From the sequence record AP017925.1: 64,000 nt of DNA. The stretch is one strand, 5' to 3'. This document shows, piece after piece, positions 16,640-26,454 of this stretch. Positions within the stretch are counted from its first letter, which is position 1, and each line of letters opens with the position of its first letter. The notes under the pieces were generated by a model, which made no database searches, had not been told where the DNA came from, and saw only the letters and a program-made list of their open reading frames with translations. Both the position numbers and the translations under genes were made by a program.

Positions 16640-16667
16640 GCATAAAGAGAGGGCCGAAGCCCTCTCC
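16640..16667 (-). terminator. intrinsic terminator with TTTATGC tail
   Basis: GCATAAA-GAGAGGGC-cgaa-GCCCTCTC. Confidence 0.8.
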
Positions 16668-16673
16668 TCATTT

Positions 16674-16997
16674 TTAACGCCAGTGGAAACCACCACCGCT
16701 ACCAGTCTTCGGAGGCGGAGGAGTAACACCAGTTGGGTTGACGATGACGTGAACAGACGCACGCGTCATGGCGGGGGTAGCAGGACTCAGTTGTGTTGCT
16801 TTGTTGACGTGAGTCTTACCGGTTGCCTTGAGCGAGTAAATGTTCGACTTGACCTTGGCCGCGTAAAACACGACTCCATGTTTGACAGTTGCAGCAGGAC
16901 TGGGGTACGTCGAGCTGATGCTCCCGTACTGGCCGCCCCAACGGACAGGAGGACCAAGCCCAGTCATGCAACTGACCTTAGCGATCACTCCTGCCAT
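16674..16997 (-). CDS. small fibre-associated protein with C-terminal GGFHWR (copy 3)
   Basis: Ends ...TGSGGGFHWR*. Abuts the upstream 561-aa gene. Confidence 0.7.
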   Translation of the reverse strand: MAGVIAKVSCMTGLGPPVRWGGQYGSISSTYPSPAATVKHGVVFYAAKVKSNIYSLKATGKTHVNKATQLSPATPAMTRASVHVIVNPTGVTPPPPKTGSGGGFHWR

Positions 16998-18683
16998 TTA
17001 GGTCGATGCCTCCACAACAACGTCGCCGATGCCATTGATACTGATCGGAACGAGCGTATCGCCAGTCGTGCTGGTCGTTACCGAAGTGGTCGTTGCGCCA
17101 CCCGCGAAGGTAGCGTTACCACTGGTGATGGCCAGATTCAGGTTCTGAGCGATGCGCACGCCGGACGAGTTCCAGATGTTCACGTGAGCGTTCGTATTGA
17201 TCGCAGCACCACTAAAGGTGTAGATCGAATTGTCGAACGTCACAGATACACTGTTCGGCAGGTTTTCCGGGTTGATGTAATACAGCACTGCACCATTACC
17301 AGACTGGTTACCGCTACTGCCTTCGATCATCCAGATCCGTTCTTGCGAGTCAACGCCAATCGCAATGAACTGACCAGCATACTCGCTCACCTTTTGGAAG
17401 AGCGTGGCATCATTGAACTTGTAGATCGCGATACGGTCAGCCTGACGCACCACCAGACGATCGTGCGCGTCAGACGTGAACATGGTGTGGTAAGCACGAG
17501 CATTATCAGCAATGCTGAATTTCTGAACGAATTTCAGCGTGCTCTTGCTGGTGATTTCGAACAGAACGCCGACGTGGGAAGCCTGGGCTTCCAGGGTACT
17601 GGCTGGCGCTTCCGTGATCGTCACAAGCAGATAAACCTTGCCTGTAGTCGAAGTACGATCGATGATGGATGCGCGGATCTTGCGTGCGCTCGGCTGAGCG
17701 CGACTCAGTGCTGGGAATGCGGACACGCCACCATTGCCAGTCCAGTCGTAAGTGCAGGCCGCCAGCGTAGCGGTCGGCGTGGTCGGTATGGTATCGACAG
17801 TAATGGTCGACACCGAAATATTGTCAGAACCAGCAGTCGACTCAGCTACGAAGAAATAACCGCGCGCCGAAGTCTCGTTGATGATGTGCGACGGAACCGC
17901 ACCGCAGTGGTCAACGCTCGCAGCGCCGGTGATAGCAGCACTCAGAGTCGTCAGCGTTTTTGCTTGACGGTTAATCACGGCAACAGTAGCGGCGTCAGTA
18001 GCTGTTTGCCACTGTTTGTTACTGTAAAGAACAGCGAAGCTGCCCAGAATACCAGTGATTGTCCGACCGTGGGACTGCCCGGAGAACGAACCCATCAGTG
18101 GAGAGTTTGCTGTATTGAAGTCAGCAGCTGCATTCGTAACTTGGCTCGAACCAAAACCCATCGCTTGCAGGATGTTGATGTAAGAGCCGGAGACTGCTGG
18201 CAGCCAAGATGAGATCGCGTTGTACTGATCCAGGGAGCCAGTCCAGCTAGCATAAGAAGCCAGCGCATCCATGGTAGCGCGATCGCGCTTGAACATGCCG
18301 TTACGCGCACCCAACCCGCCACCACCAGCCACCACAACGAAATTCTCGCCGGGTTGCGGCGGGACGTAATTGGGAGTGCCGTTGGCCAGCAGGCCAGCAT
18401 TCATGTAATCGGAGCAACCGCCGCCAGCATCGCTAGCCGCAGCTATAAACATGGCGTTCGGTGTAGCCGAATAGATGACGCGAGGAAGCGCCATGTACCA
18501 GCCTGGACCACCGTCAGGAGTAGTGCCAGAATAAGGTAATGGCGCGCTCGGACCTTGGCGATAGTTGTCGCCAAGCGGAGCCAGCGTGGTGGGGTTATAC
18601 GGGGAACCGTCGATATAGAGAGTGCCGTCAATGTCGACGACGTTCATCCCCAAACCACGACGCAGGGTTTTGAACTTAATCAT
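16998..18683 (-). CDS. putative tail fibre / receptor-binding protein, paralogue C (561 aa)
   Basis: N-terminus MIKFKTLRRGLGMNVVDIDGTLYIDGSPY and an Ig-like C-terminus shared with 19005..20702. S/T/A/G-rich. Confidence 0.65.
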   Translation of the reverse strand: MIKFKTLRRGLGMNVVDIDGTLYIDGSPYNPTTLAPLGDNYRQGPSAPLPYSGTTPDGGPGWYMALPRVIYSATPNAMFIAAASDAGGGCSDYMNAGLLANGTPNYVPPQPGENFVVVAGGGGLGARNGMFKRDRATMDALASYASWTGSLDQYNAISSWLPAVSGSYINILQAMGFGSSQVTNAAADFNTANSPLMGSFSGQSHGRTITGILGSFAVLYSNKQWQTATDAATVAVINRQAKTLTTLSAAITGAASVDHCGAVPSHIINETSARGYFFVAESTAGSDNISVSTITVDTIPTTPTATLAACTYDWTGNGGVSAFPALSRAQPSARKIRASIIDRTSTTGKVYLLVTITEAPASTLEAQASHVGVLFEITSKSTLKFVQKFSIADNARAYHTMFTSDAHDRLVVRQADRIAIYKFNDATLFQKVSEYAGQFIAIGVDSQERIWMIEGSSGNQSGNGAVLYYINPENLPNSVSVTFDNSIYTFSGAAINTNAHVNIWNSSGVRIAQNLNLAITSGNATFAGGATTTSVTTSTTGDTLVPISINGIGDVVVEAST

Positions 18684-18700
18684 GAAGCATCCTTAAAAGG

Positions 18701-19003
18701 TTATCTCCAATGGAAGCCACCGGCTTTTCCAGTTGGGTAGATGGGGTTAGCGGGTCCGGAAACGTTGGTGGTGGAAATCGCTTTTGCTACGGCGCGCTTT
18801 TGGTTGACCGGTGACGTCAGAGAAACCTTATAGCAGTGAGCACTCGCCTTAGCACGAATTCTGTCATTCAGCGATTTCGAGTCCATTACTTTTGCCGATG
18901 CTAGAACGTAAGCAGTCGGTTGGCGAGAACGAGCTGTCGTTCTCGCCTTCAAAGCAGGACCTTTACCATCCAACACGAGAGTGTGAAGGATGATGCCTGG
19001 CAT
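18701..19003 (-). CDS. small fibre-associated protein with C-terminal GGFHWR (copy 2)
   Basis: Start moved to MPGIILH (1 nt after the upstream stop). Ends ...TGKAGGFHWR*. Confidence 0.7.
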   Translation of the reverse strand: MPGIILHTLVLDGKGPALKARTTARSRQPTAYVLASAKVMDSKSLNDRIRAKASAHCYKVSLTSPVNQKRAVAKAISTTNVSGPANPIYPTGKAGGFHWR

Positions 19004-19004
19004 A

Positions 19005-20702
19005 TTAAGTCGTAGCCTCGATAACCACGTCACCAATGCCGATGATGTTCACCGGAACTTGCAGCGTAGCTGTAGTCAATGTGGTTACGGTCGTTTGCGT
19101 CGTACCATCTTGGAACTTCGCATTGCCACTCGTGATCGTGATCGTCACGTTGCCGGCTTTGCGTACACCAGCGGCCGTGCGGAGATCCACGTTCAGGTTC
19201 GCAGCTACCGGAGTGCCTGCGAATTGATACGTACCGCTATCGAATGAAACCGACAGGCTATTTGGAATACTTTCCGGATTCACGTAGTAGAGCGACGGAC
19301 CTTGTGCAGACAGGTTACCGGCCGTTACATCAATCATCCAGATGCGTTCGGTGCTATCCACACCCACGCCGCCCCAAACACCGCTGTACTCAGCCAATTT
19401 GGCGAAGTAAGTACCGTCGGTAAACTTATAGACAGCGATACGGTCAACTTGCTTCACGATCAGACGATCGTGGGTATCGCTGGTCCACAACGTACCGTTA
19501 GCGCGCGCGTTGTCAGCCAAACTGATTGACTGTACGAACTTCAGACTGGTGGGTGTGGTGATCTCGAACAGCAGACCCTTCATAGCTGCTTGAGCTTCGA
19601 AGGATGACGAAGTCGGTTCAGTCACCATTACGAAGAGATAGCGTTTACCTGCTGTAGCTGTGCGGTCAATGATGGATGCGCGGATCTTGCGCGCGCTGGA
19701 CGTGTTGCGACTCAGCGCGGTAAAGGCAGTCACACCGCCATTGTTGGTCCAATCAATGGTTGCCACTTGATTGGAGGCAGTCGGAGTACCAGTACAATCC
19801 ACCGACACTACGTTAATAGCGACGTTATCGCCACCGGCAATCGACTCCGGCGCGTAGAAATAACCCGTGCTGGCGCCAGTATAGGTCATTTCCGAAGCAA
19901 CGCTGCCGGCGCGATCCTGCGACGCCGCGCCAGTAACTGCTGTGCTTACCGCAGTAGCTACTCTGGTTTGGCGATTTACTACGTGCAAAGTATTCGCGGC
20001 AGTGGCCGGAGAAGCATTGGCTAGCGAACTGAAGAATACTGCGTAACTACCAAGAATACCTACACACTGACGGATCTTGAAGTCATTACCGATGGAAGTA
20101 CCGAAATACACTGATGGGGCGGTTGTGAAGTCAGCCGGTATGTTTTCGACGATATTCGAATAAGCATCTGCGCGTTGCGCCCACATCAGGTAGCTACCGC
20201 TGACGTTGGGTAGCCACATGGACATATGCATGTACCAGCCCGATTGGTTGGCGTAAGAACCACTACCTACACCAGGCATGGCAGCGAGCGCATCCATCGT
20301 AGCGCGATCGCGCTTGAACATGCCGCCGGTATAGCCCAAGCCAGCACCGCCCGCCACGACGAGGAAGTTTTCACCGGACTGCAGCGGCACATATCCAGCA
20401 GTACCATTAGCAGTCAAACCAGCGTTCATGTAGTCGCTGTTATTAGCGCCACAATCAGAAGTCATATTGGCGACTACACCGTTAGCAGGACACCAGATGG
20501 TGGCGCGCTGTAGTGCCATGAACGGTGGGAATGCCCAATCCGTACCAAGAGCGTCGAGCTGTCTGGCCGGGCCTTGTTTGTAGTTGTCGCCAAGCGGAGC
20601 GAGTGTTTGAAGGTTGTAAGGAGAGCCATCGATGTACAGAATGCCATCGATTTCTACAACGTTCATGCCGAGCCCTCGGCGGCAATTCTTGAACTTGATC
20701 AT
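19005..20702 (-). CDS. putative tail fibre / receptor-binding protein, paralogue B (565 aa)
   Basis: Long identical blocks shared with paralogue C (GMFKRDRATMDALA, SARKIRASIIDRT, QERIWMI/TERIWMI). Confidence 0.65.
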   Translation of the reverse strand: MIKFKNCRRGLGMNVVEIDGILYIDGSPYNLQTLAPLGDNYKQGPARQLDALGTDWAFPPFMALQRATIWCPANGVVANMTSDCGANNSDYMNAGLTANGTAGYVPLQSGENFLVVAGGAGLGYTGGMFKRDRATMDALAAMPGVGSGSYANQSGWYMHMSMWLPNVSGSYLMWAQRADAYSNIVENIPADFTTAPSVYFGTSIGNDFKIRQCVGILGSYAVFFSSLANASPATAANTLHVVNRQTRVATAVSTAVTGAASQDRAGSVASEMTYTGASTGYFYAPESIAGGDNVAINVVSVDCTGTPTASNQVATIDWTNNGGVTAFTALSRNTSSARKIRASIIDRTATAGKRYLFVMVTEPTSSSFEAQAAMKGLLFEITTPTSLKFVQSISLADNARANGTLWTSDTHDRLIVKQVDRIAVYKFTDGTYFAKLAEYSGVWGGVGVDSTERIWMIDVTAGNLSAQGPSLYYVNPESIPNSLSVSFDSGTYQFAGTPVAANLNVDLRTAAGVRKAGNVTITITSGNAKFQDGTTQTTVTTLTTATLQVPVNIIGIGDVVIEATT

Positions 20703-20726
20703 GCCTTTACCCTTTACGAGTGAAAC

Positions 20727-20757
20727 AGGCCACGCTATAAAGCGTGGCCTTTATGCC
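20727..20757 (+). terminator. hairpin with plus-oriented TTTATGCC tail
   Basis: AGGCCACGCT-ataa-AGCGTGGCCT-TTATGCC between two minus-strand genes. Confidence 0.6.
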
Positions 20758-20764
20758 GCTACTC

Positions 20765-21181
20765 TTACGGCTGTTCTTGTTCAGTCACCGGAGCAGACAA
20801 GATGGCGGTCACGCGATCTTCAGTCAGCAGATTTTGGGTCACGTAGAACTCCATTCCAGCCTTGACATCCGGATCTTCCAGATCAATGAACTTAGCCAGC
20901 ATCAGTCGATCATAGATCGCACGCACAGTCGGAACCGTCTGGGCAGCAGCCAGAATGCCGGCGTGCTCAGCCAGAGTGAAGCGACGTACCAGCGCCAGCG
21001 TAGTGATCTTGCGCGACAGAGTGCCTTGCATATTCTTGATCTCCGAAGTAGCCCAGGCTTCCGCAGTTGCTGCGTCAGCCCATGGTTGTTGAGTGTTGGG
21101 GTCAAACGGCTGCACCACGGTGTCAACACCATTGCATTGGATGGTCAGCACGCCATTGACGTAAGTAAACGTGTAATTCAT
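20765..21181 (-). CDS. putative fibre assembly/chaperone-like protein (138 aa)
   Basis: QPFDPNTQQPWADAATAEAWA and RKITTLALVRRFT...FIDLEDP, embedded in the fibre cluster. Confidence 0.5.
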   Translation of the reverse strand: MNYTFTYVNGVLTIQCNGVDTVVQPFDPNTQQPWADAATAEAWATSEIKNMQGTLSRKITTLALVRRFTLAEHAGILAAAQTVPTVRAIYDRLMLAKFIDLEDPDVKAGMEFYVTQNLLTEDRVTAILSAPVTEQEQP

Positions 21182-21235
21182 TTTCCTATCCTTTTACTGG
21201 ATGAAAGGGGAACCCGAAAGCTCCCCTTGTATCGA

Positions 21236-21517
21236 TTACCGCCAGTGGAACCCACCGCCTTTGCCGCCGCCATTCGACATTTTGACAAAATTGCAGCGAG
21301 AAGCAATCGTTGCAGCCACAGGCACAATCCCAGGCGCAACCAGTTTAACACTGGCCTTGACGCGTTGAGTCAAGAGCGGTTTCCCGCTCACGACTTTTGC
21401 TTTCACGCGCTTAAATGCCAGTTGGTTGACGGTGGCCTGGCCATGCACGCTAACCACTTGGTTCTTTACAGTCCCAGGGTCAAACGTGACGCGAGACGTT
21501 ACCGTTGCTCTGGTCAT
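21236..21517 (-). CDS. small fibre-associated protein with C-terminal GGFHWR (copy 1)
   Basis: ATGA overlap with the 552-aa gene. Ends ...GGGKGGGFHWR*. Confidence 0.7.
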   Translation of the reverse strand: MTRATVTSRVTFDPGTVKNQVVSVHGQATVNQLAFKRVKAKVVSGKPLLTQRVKASVKLVAPGIVPVAATIASRCNFVKMSNGGGKGGGFHWR

Positions 21518-23172
21518 GATGTAGCCGCATCGATCGAAATATCACCAGGAGCGGTGATAGTGAATGGAACCAGCGTCGGGCCAGTAGCAGACGTGGTGAA
21601 CGTCGTCTGAGACAGCGTCACGTTCGTCGACGGCGTCAGCGTCACGTTTGCAGCAACATAGTTACCATTCGCATCCGTTACGGAGACCGTCAGTGTACCG
21701 CTAGCCGGCGCGCCGCTGTACGAGTAGCTGCCGCTATCAAACGACAGGTTGATCGTGTTAGCGGTGCCAGTCGGGTTGATGTACCACAGCTCCCATTCAC
21801 ACATCGTTGCGGGCGTAGCCGAAATCGGGTTGATGTACCAGAAGCGACCAGCGGAGTCAAAGCCATGCGACCAAGCACCGTAATACTGAGTAGCGCTGAC
21901 ACGACCCAGTGTAACAGTGTTGGTCTTATTCAGGACACCACCAGTACCGACCGACCAGAACTCGTAGCGGTCATCGTAGGCAACCACAAAGTTCATGCCA
22001 TTGTCGTCTGCCGTGGTCATCGAGCGCGGGCTCGGTGCCAAGTTATACGTGCCCACGTAAGTGGCTGTATTTTTGTCGGTCAGCTTGTACACGTACATTT
22101 TCTGCAATGCCGTCGTCGGAGTGGCAGCACTGTTTTCGAAGCCGATCACCAGTAGATATTTGTTACCATCCGTGTGGTTGATCAGTTGTACACGCATCAC
22201 ACCGACTTGCGTCAGTGTCATTGGGTTTTGATCCAAGGTCACCAAGTTATTGGTGATCGCTGGTGTTGCGTCCAGGCTACTCATAGCTACGCGATGGATT
22301 TCCATCGCAGTAGCGGAGCGCCAGATCACGTAGGAACTTTTCTCGTTAGAGAGAGTATCCCAAGCAAAGGACGGAGCAGATTGCGCATAACCCATGCCGG
22401 TGCTAATGGTAGAGGCTCCCGCCGGTGCACCCAGCGAGGTCGAGTAGGCAATTGCTGCCAGCGTTGCTTTAGCAACGGCTCGAACCTCCATTGTAGCCTG
22501 AATCGCGCTGGCGCCAACATACGTGTCGACAAAATACCAACGATTGGTGTCTTCGCCGACACGATGCGCGGCGAACATGGGTCCCAGAGCCCTAGAGCCA
22601 AACAAAAGCGTTGTTTGGCCAGCAGTGGTAGTGCCAACAGGAAAGCTTTCAACGCTCGCAGACAGATACGAGTTGCTGTAGTGCCGAGTCATAGCAAGCC
22701 GGCCAGCATTCACCGATGGTAACCAAACAGCTTCATGGTTCCACAGAGAAGTCGTATAGGTACTCGCACTAGCCGGATTACTGACGTTGCCGGTATTCGG
22801 GTCCCAGTCGTAAACCATAGCCAAACCAGCGTCGGAGAAGTTCCGGATATTGCCATTCGGCAACGTCTGATGGCAAATCTCCACGCCGTTCCAGCGACCG
22901 CAAAGCACCATATCGAAATCGCTTGCGATCTGGCCCGGCGAACCTCCAGCAACGTTTGGTGTCATTGGCTGATAACCGCGCATCATTCGAATAGTCCATG
23001 CGTTGTTATACGCCACCGGTGACATGCTCGATGTCATCGGAGCCGCAGGAGCGCCGATGACTTCACTCAGGTCACTTACCCGGTACACTTTGTTATCGAT
23101 GTGCAGGTTATTACCCAACTGAACAGCGAGGCGGTTGGGGAACATGCCCCGATAAGTCTTAAGTTTAGGCAT
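21514..23172 (-). CDS. putative tail fibre / receptor-binding protein, paralogue A (552 aa, divergent)
   Basis: Similar N-terminus (LHIDNKVY vs LYIDGSPY) and C-terminus (WYINP...INLSFDSGSYSYSGAP...GDISIDAA). TAATG-coupled to the collagen fibre gene. Confidence 0.65.
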   Translation of the reverse strand: MPKLKTYRGMFPNRLAVQLGNNLHIDNKVYRVSDLSEVIGAPAAPMTSSMSPVAYNNAWTIRMMRGYQPMTPNVAGGSPGQIASDFDMVLCGRWNGVEICHQTLPNGNIRNFSDAGLAMVYDWDPNTGNVSNPASASTYTTSLWNHEAVWLPSVNAGRLAMTRHYSNSYLSASVESFPVGTTTAGQTTLLFGSRALGPMFAAHRVGEDTNRWYFVDTYVGASAIQATMEVRAVAKATLAAIAYSTSLGAPAGASTISTGMGYAQSAPSFAWDTLSNEKSSYVIWRSATAMEIHRVAMSSLDATPAITNNLVTLDQNPMTLTQVGVMRVQLINHTDGNKYLLVIGFENSAATPTTALQKMYVYKLTDKNTATYVGTYNLAPSPRSMTTADDNGMNFVVAYDDRYEFWSVGTGGVLNKTNTVTLGRVSATQYYGAWSHGFDSAGRFWYINPISATPATMCEWELWYINPTGTANTINLSFDSGSYSYSGAPASGTLTVSVTDANGNYVAANVTLTPSTNVTLSQTTFTTSATGPTLVPFTITAPGDISIDAATS

Positions 23173-26100
23173 TAGTTGTACTCCAAAGTAATCAACATGT
23201 CGGAACCGCTGCTACCCACTACTTGGAGGGAAACATTGCTTCCGGCAGGGAGACTGTTAGTTTCAGCCACATACATGTTGGTTTGACCGGCTGCCAGTGT
23301 GAGCGAGATATTATCGCTCGTACCGTCGGCATGATGGACAACGGCATTCACCACGAGGTCAGTGGTAGCTACCGTACCCAGCTGCAGCCGGATACCAGCC
23401 AAGGCATGGGCATCTGCAGGCGGATACCAATTCATCGGAATCGAAGTGGTCTGAGTGATCGGACCATCGAAGGCAGCGGTCTTCTGACGGGTGAGCGTCA
23501 GCGCAGACCAAGCACCATTCTGACGAACGTAAACACCGTTGTCCTTCGGTGCCTCCAGAACATCTACCGGAATCCAGTTACCATCCTTGCGAGCGTAGAG
23601 CACGTCGTCAAAGTTGGCATCGTAGACGTTACCACCACCAAGGTAACCCAACGCGCTCCAGGCCACCGTAGAGGTTTTCTGGAAGAACTGCAGCGATGCC
23701 GAGTTGAGGAAGTAATCCCCTACAGTGCCGTCGGCAGCCGATGGGTTGCGGGACAGTACGATCCAGCGAGTGCCCGGATCACCCTTGACACCTTGTACGC
23801 CCTGAATACCCTGAGCGCCTTGAATACCTTGAATACCCTGCAAGCCACGCACACCCTGCGGGCCTTGGATCGGACCAACATCGATGAATGCTGTACCTGT
23901 CCATGCCCAACCATGCAGAGTGTCCTGAGCAATGTACATATCGCCAGGATTGGTGGAGGTAGCAGGCAGGTTAGCACTGGTATTAACCGTACCCAAGATT
24001 TTTACACCAGGACCCATCGGACCTTGGTCACCTTGCGGACCCTGAGCACCAGCTGCGCCAGGATCGCCTTGTGGTCCCTGAGCACCAGTATCGCCCTTTA
24101 CGCCCTGCAGGCCTTGGATACCTTGGTCACCCTTGTCACCCTTCCACTGCCCGGCATCAAGCCAGCTGACACCGTTCCACACGAAGAGATGATCGCCTAC
24201 GCGATAAGCATCGCCGATGTTGTTGGTGCCGCTGACAGGCAGGGAATTTTGGTCAGGCAGAATACCAAGCACCTTGATGCTGTTACCGGTATCGCCCTTA
24301 TCACCTTTGTCACCTTTATCGCCCTTCAGGCCCTGGATACCCTGAATACCTTGGATACCTTGTAGACCTTGTGCACCAGTGTCGCCTTTATCGCCTTTGA
24401 CACCCTGTAAACCCTGAGGACCTACCGGACCTTGAATGACACCCATGTCCGTGTACTGTGTACCATCCCAGCCCCAGAAGTGGCCGCCAATCAAATAACC
24501 CTCACCCAGCGTACCGGTAGCCGGCAGTTGCGAGGTATCTGTGAGTGTGCCAACGATACTGATGCCGGGACCCATCGGACCCTGCACACCCTGCGGACCC
24601 TGGATACCTTGGTCCCCTTGAATACCCTGGATACCCTGATCGCCTTTGTCACCTTTAATACCCTGGATACCTTGAATACCCTGGATACCTTGGTCCCCTT
24701 GAGCACCACGGAACGGACCAGCGTTCGTCCAATCAGTGCCGAGGAAGATATAAAGGTCGGTGCCTACAATGTAAGCGTCTTCCTGCGCGGGATTGGCAGG
24801 TAGTGACGGAACGTCCGCCACGACACCTTTGATCGCCAAACCACGCCCCATCGGACCCTGAGGACCGATATCGCCCTTAGCACCGACCAGCGAATTCAGC
24901 CAAGAATTCAGGTCACCTACGTAGCCATTTTCAACAGCCACTTGGTAAGCCGTAAGGCCAGCCGTGCCTTGCAGCGAAGCGATCCACTGGTCAATAGTAC
25001 CAGTGAAACCACCAGCGACGGCAATATCAAAGGCAGAAGCACCGGTGGTGCCGGTATCGCCTTTCAAGCCCTGCAGACCCTGCAGACCTTGAGGTCCAGT
25101 ATCACCTTTCGGACCTTGTACCAAACCGCAATCAACGAAGGCGGTGCCGGTCCACGCCCAGCCGTGCAGTGTATCGAGGGCGATATACATATCGCCCGGA
25201 TCAGTGGAGGTTGCCGGGAGATCCGTGCTGCTCGGAACCGTGCCAAGAATCTTGACGCCCGGACCCATATCGCCCTTGTCGCCTTTCAGGCCTTGGGGAC
25301 CAACGGGACCAATCGGTCCAATCAGAGTAGCAAGCCAGTCGGTCTGCGAGCCGGTAAAGCCATTGGCGACTGCCACATCAAAAGCAGACTTACCAACCAG
25401 CGAAGCCAACCACGCAGTCTGACCGCCTACGAAACCATTCGCTTGCGCAATCTGGTACGAAGACTTACCTTGCAGCGAAGCGATCCACTGCGACAACGTC
25501 ATCGATTGCGGGATCAGGCCAGCATCCTTGGCCAGTTGGTAAGCAGACTTACCTGCCGGACCCACCTGACCCACCGGAACCCAGTTCGTAGCGTCCCACA
25601 CCCACATCACCGAGTCGATGATATACGCGTCGCCCGGAGAGTTGTTCTGCGCCGGAAGATCGCTGGTGGATTGGAACGAACCCTGAACTTTCAGGCCGAT
25701 ACCATCTGCGCCATGCAGAGAAGCCAGCCAATCGGCTTCCGTACCGCCAAAACCAGCCAATTGTGCCAGTTCATAGGCACTCTTGCCTTCGGGACCTTGC
25801 AGGTTGCCGAGATTCACCCACTGACCGCCCGTCACAGCCCAGAATTGCGGCCCGATCAGATAGCAATCGCCTTCTTGCGACGTAGTAACGTCAGGCAATT
25901 GAGATTGATCGGCCACAGCACCAAGCAAACGAGCACCGTTACCGATCGGACCTTGTGCTCCGGTGTCGCCTTTGTCACCTTTCGGGCCTTTGAGCGACGC
26001 CGACCACTCAGCTTCAGTACCCGTAAAGCCACCGGCAACAGCGATATCGTAAGCCGATGGGCCAGTATCGCCTTTGACACCTTGGATACCCTGATCACCC

Positions 26101-26444
26101 GGGATACCTTGGATACCTTGGTCACCTTTATCGCCCTTGTCGCCCTTCAGGCTGGCGACCCAGTCTGCTTCAGTACCGACAAAGCCGAGAGCGACAGCAG
26201 CGTCGTAAGCGCTCTTGCCATCCAAAGAAGCCAGCCATTCAGCTTCGGTGCCTACGTAGCCGGCTTCAACAGCGACCTGATAGGCGCTCTTACCAGCTAC
26301 GAACAGTTGATCCAGAGTGAACTTGACGTTCTTACCATCCTGGACTGCCTCCACCACTTCTGCACCAGTGATCGGTGCAGCAGGCGGCAGGTCGGTAATC
26401 CGATAATACAAGGAGGGATCGAGAGAATTGGGATCGCTCATCAT
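23172..26444 (-). CDS. collagen-like tail fibre protein (1090 aa)
   Basis: Many GXY runs, GKSAY(Q/E/D)xA...G(F/Y)xG...WLASL repeats, and about 6 globular G-x-LP-GD-Y-W modules. Confidence 0.85.
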   Translation of the reverse strand: MMSDPNSLDPSLYYRITDLPPAAPITGAEVVEAVQDGKNVKFTLDQLFVAGKSAYQVAVEAGYVGTEAEWLASLDGKSAYDAAVALGFVGTEADWVASLKGDKGDKGDQGIQGIPGDQGIQGVKGDTGPSAYDIAVAGGFTGTEAEWSASLKGPKGDKGDTGAQGPIGNGARLLGAVADQSQLPDVTTSQEGDCYLIGPQFWAVTGGQWVNLGNLQGPEGKSAYELAQLAGFGGTEADWLASLHGADGIGLKVQGSFQSTSDLPAQNNSPGDAYIIDSVMWVWDATNWVPVGQVGPAGKSAYQLAKDAGLIPQSMTLSQWIASLQGKSSYQIAQANGFVGGQTAWLASLVGKSAFDVAVANGFTGSQTDWLATLIGPIGPVGPQGLKGDKGDMGPGVKILGTVPSSTDLPATSTDPGDMYIALDTLHGWAWTGTAFVDCGLVQGPKGDTGPQGLQGLQGLKGDTGTTGASAFDIAVAGGFTGTIDQWIASLQGTAGLTAYQVAVENGYVGDLNSWLNSLVGAKGDIGPQGPMGRGLAIKGVVADVPSLPANPAQEDAYIVGTDLYIFLGTDWTNAGPFRGAQGDQGIQGIQGIQGIKGDKGDQGIQGIQGDQGIQGPQGVQGPMGPGISIVGTLTDTSQLPATGTLGEGYLIGGHFWGWDGTQYTDMGVIQGPVGPQGLQGVKGDKGDTGAQGLQGIQGIQGIQGLKGDKGDKGDKGDTGNSIKVLGILPDQNSLPVSGTNNIGDAYRVGDHLFVWNGVSWLDAGQWKGDKGDQGIQGLQGVKGDTGAQGPQGDPGAAGAQGPQGDQGPMGPGVKILGTVNTSANLPATSTNPGDMYIAQDTLHGWAWTGTAFIDVGPIQGPQGVRGLQGIQGIQGAQGIQGVQGVKGDPGTRWIVLSRNPSAADGTVGDYFLNSASLQFFQKTSTVAWSALGYLGGGNVYDANFDDVLYARKDGNWIPVDVLEAPKDNGVYVRQNGAWSALTLTRQKTAAFDGPITQTTSIPMNWYPPADAHALAGIRLQLGTVATTDLVVNAVVHHADGTSDNISLTLAAGQTNMYVAETNSLPAGSNVSLQVVGSSGSDMLITLEYN
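23770..26300 (-). repeat. coding repeats: collagen GXY (9-bp periodic GGATACCTT-type), GKSAY repeats and globular modules
   Basis: Visible as repeated ccctggataccttg / tcgcctttgtcacc at DNA level. All in frame within the fibre gene. Confidence 0.85.
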
Positions 26445-26454
26445 TTATCCTTTA

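Noticed and set aside
23700-26300. CRISPR-like repeated DNA
   Set aside because: The repeats are in-frame collagen GXY codons without unique spacers, and there are no cas genes in the window.
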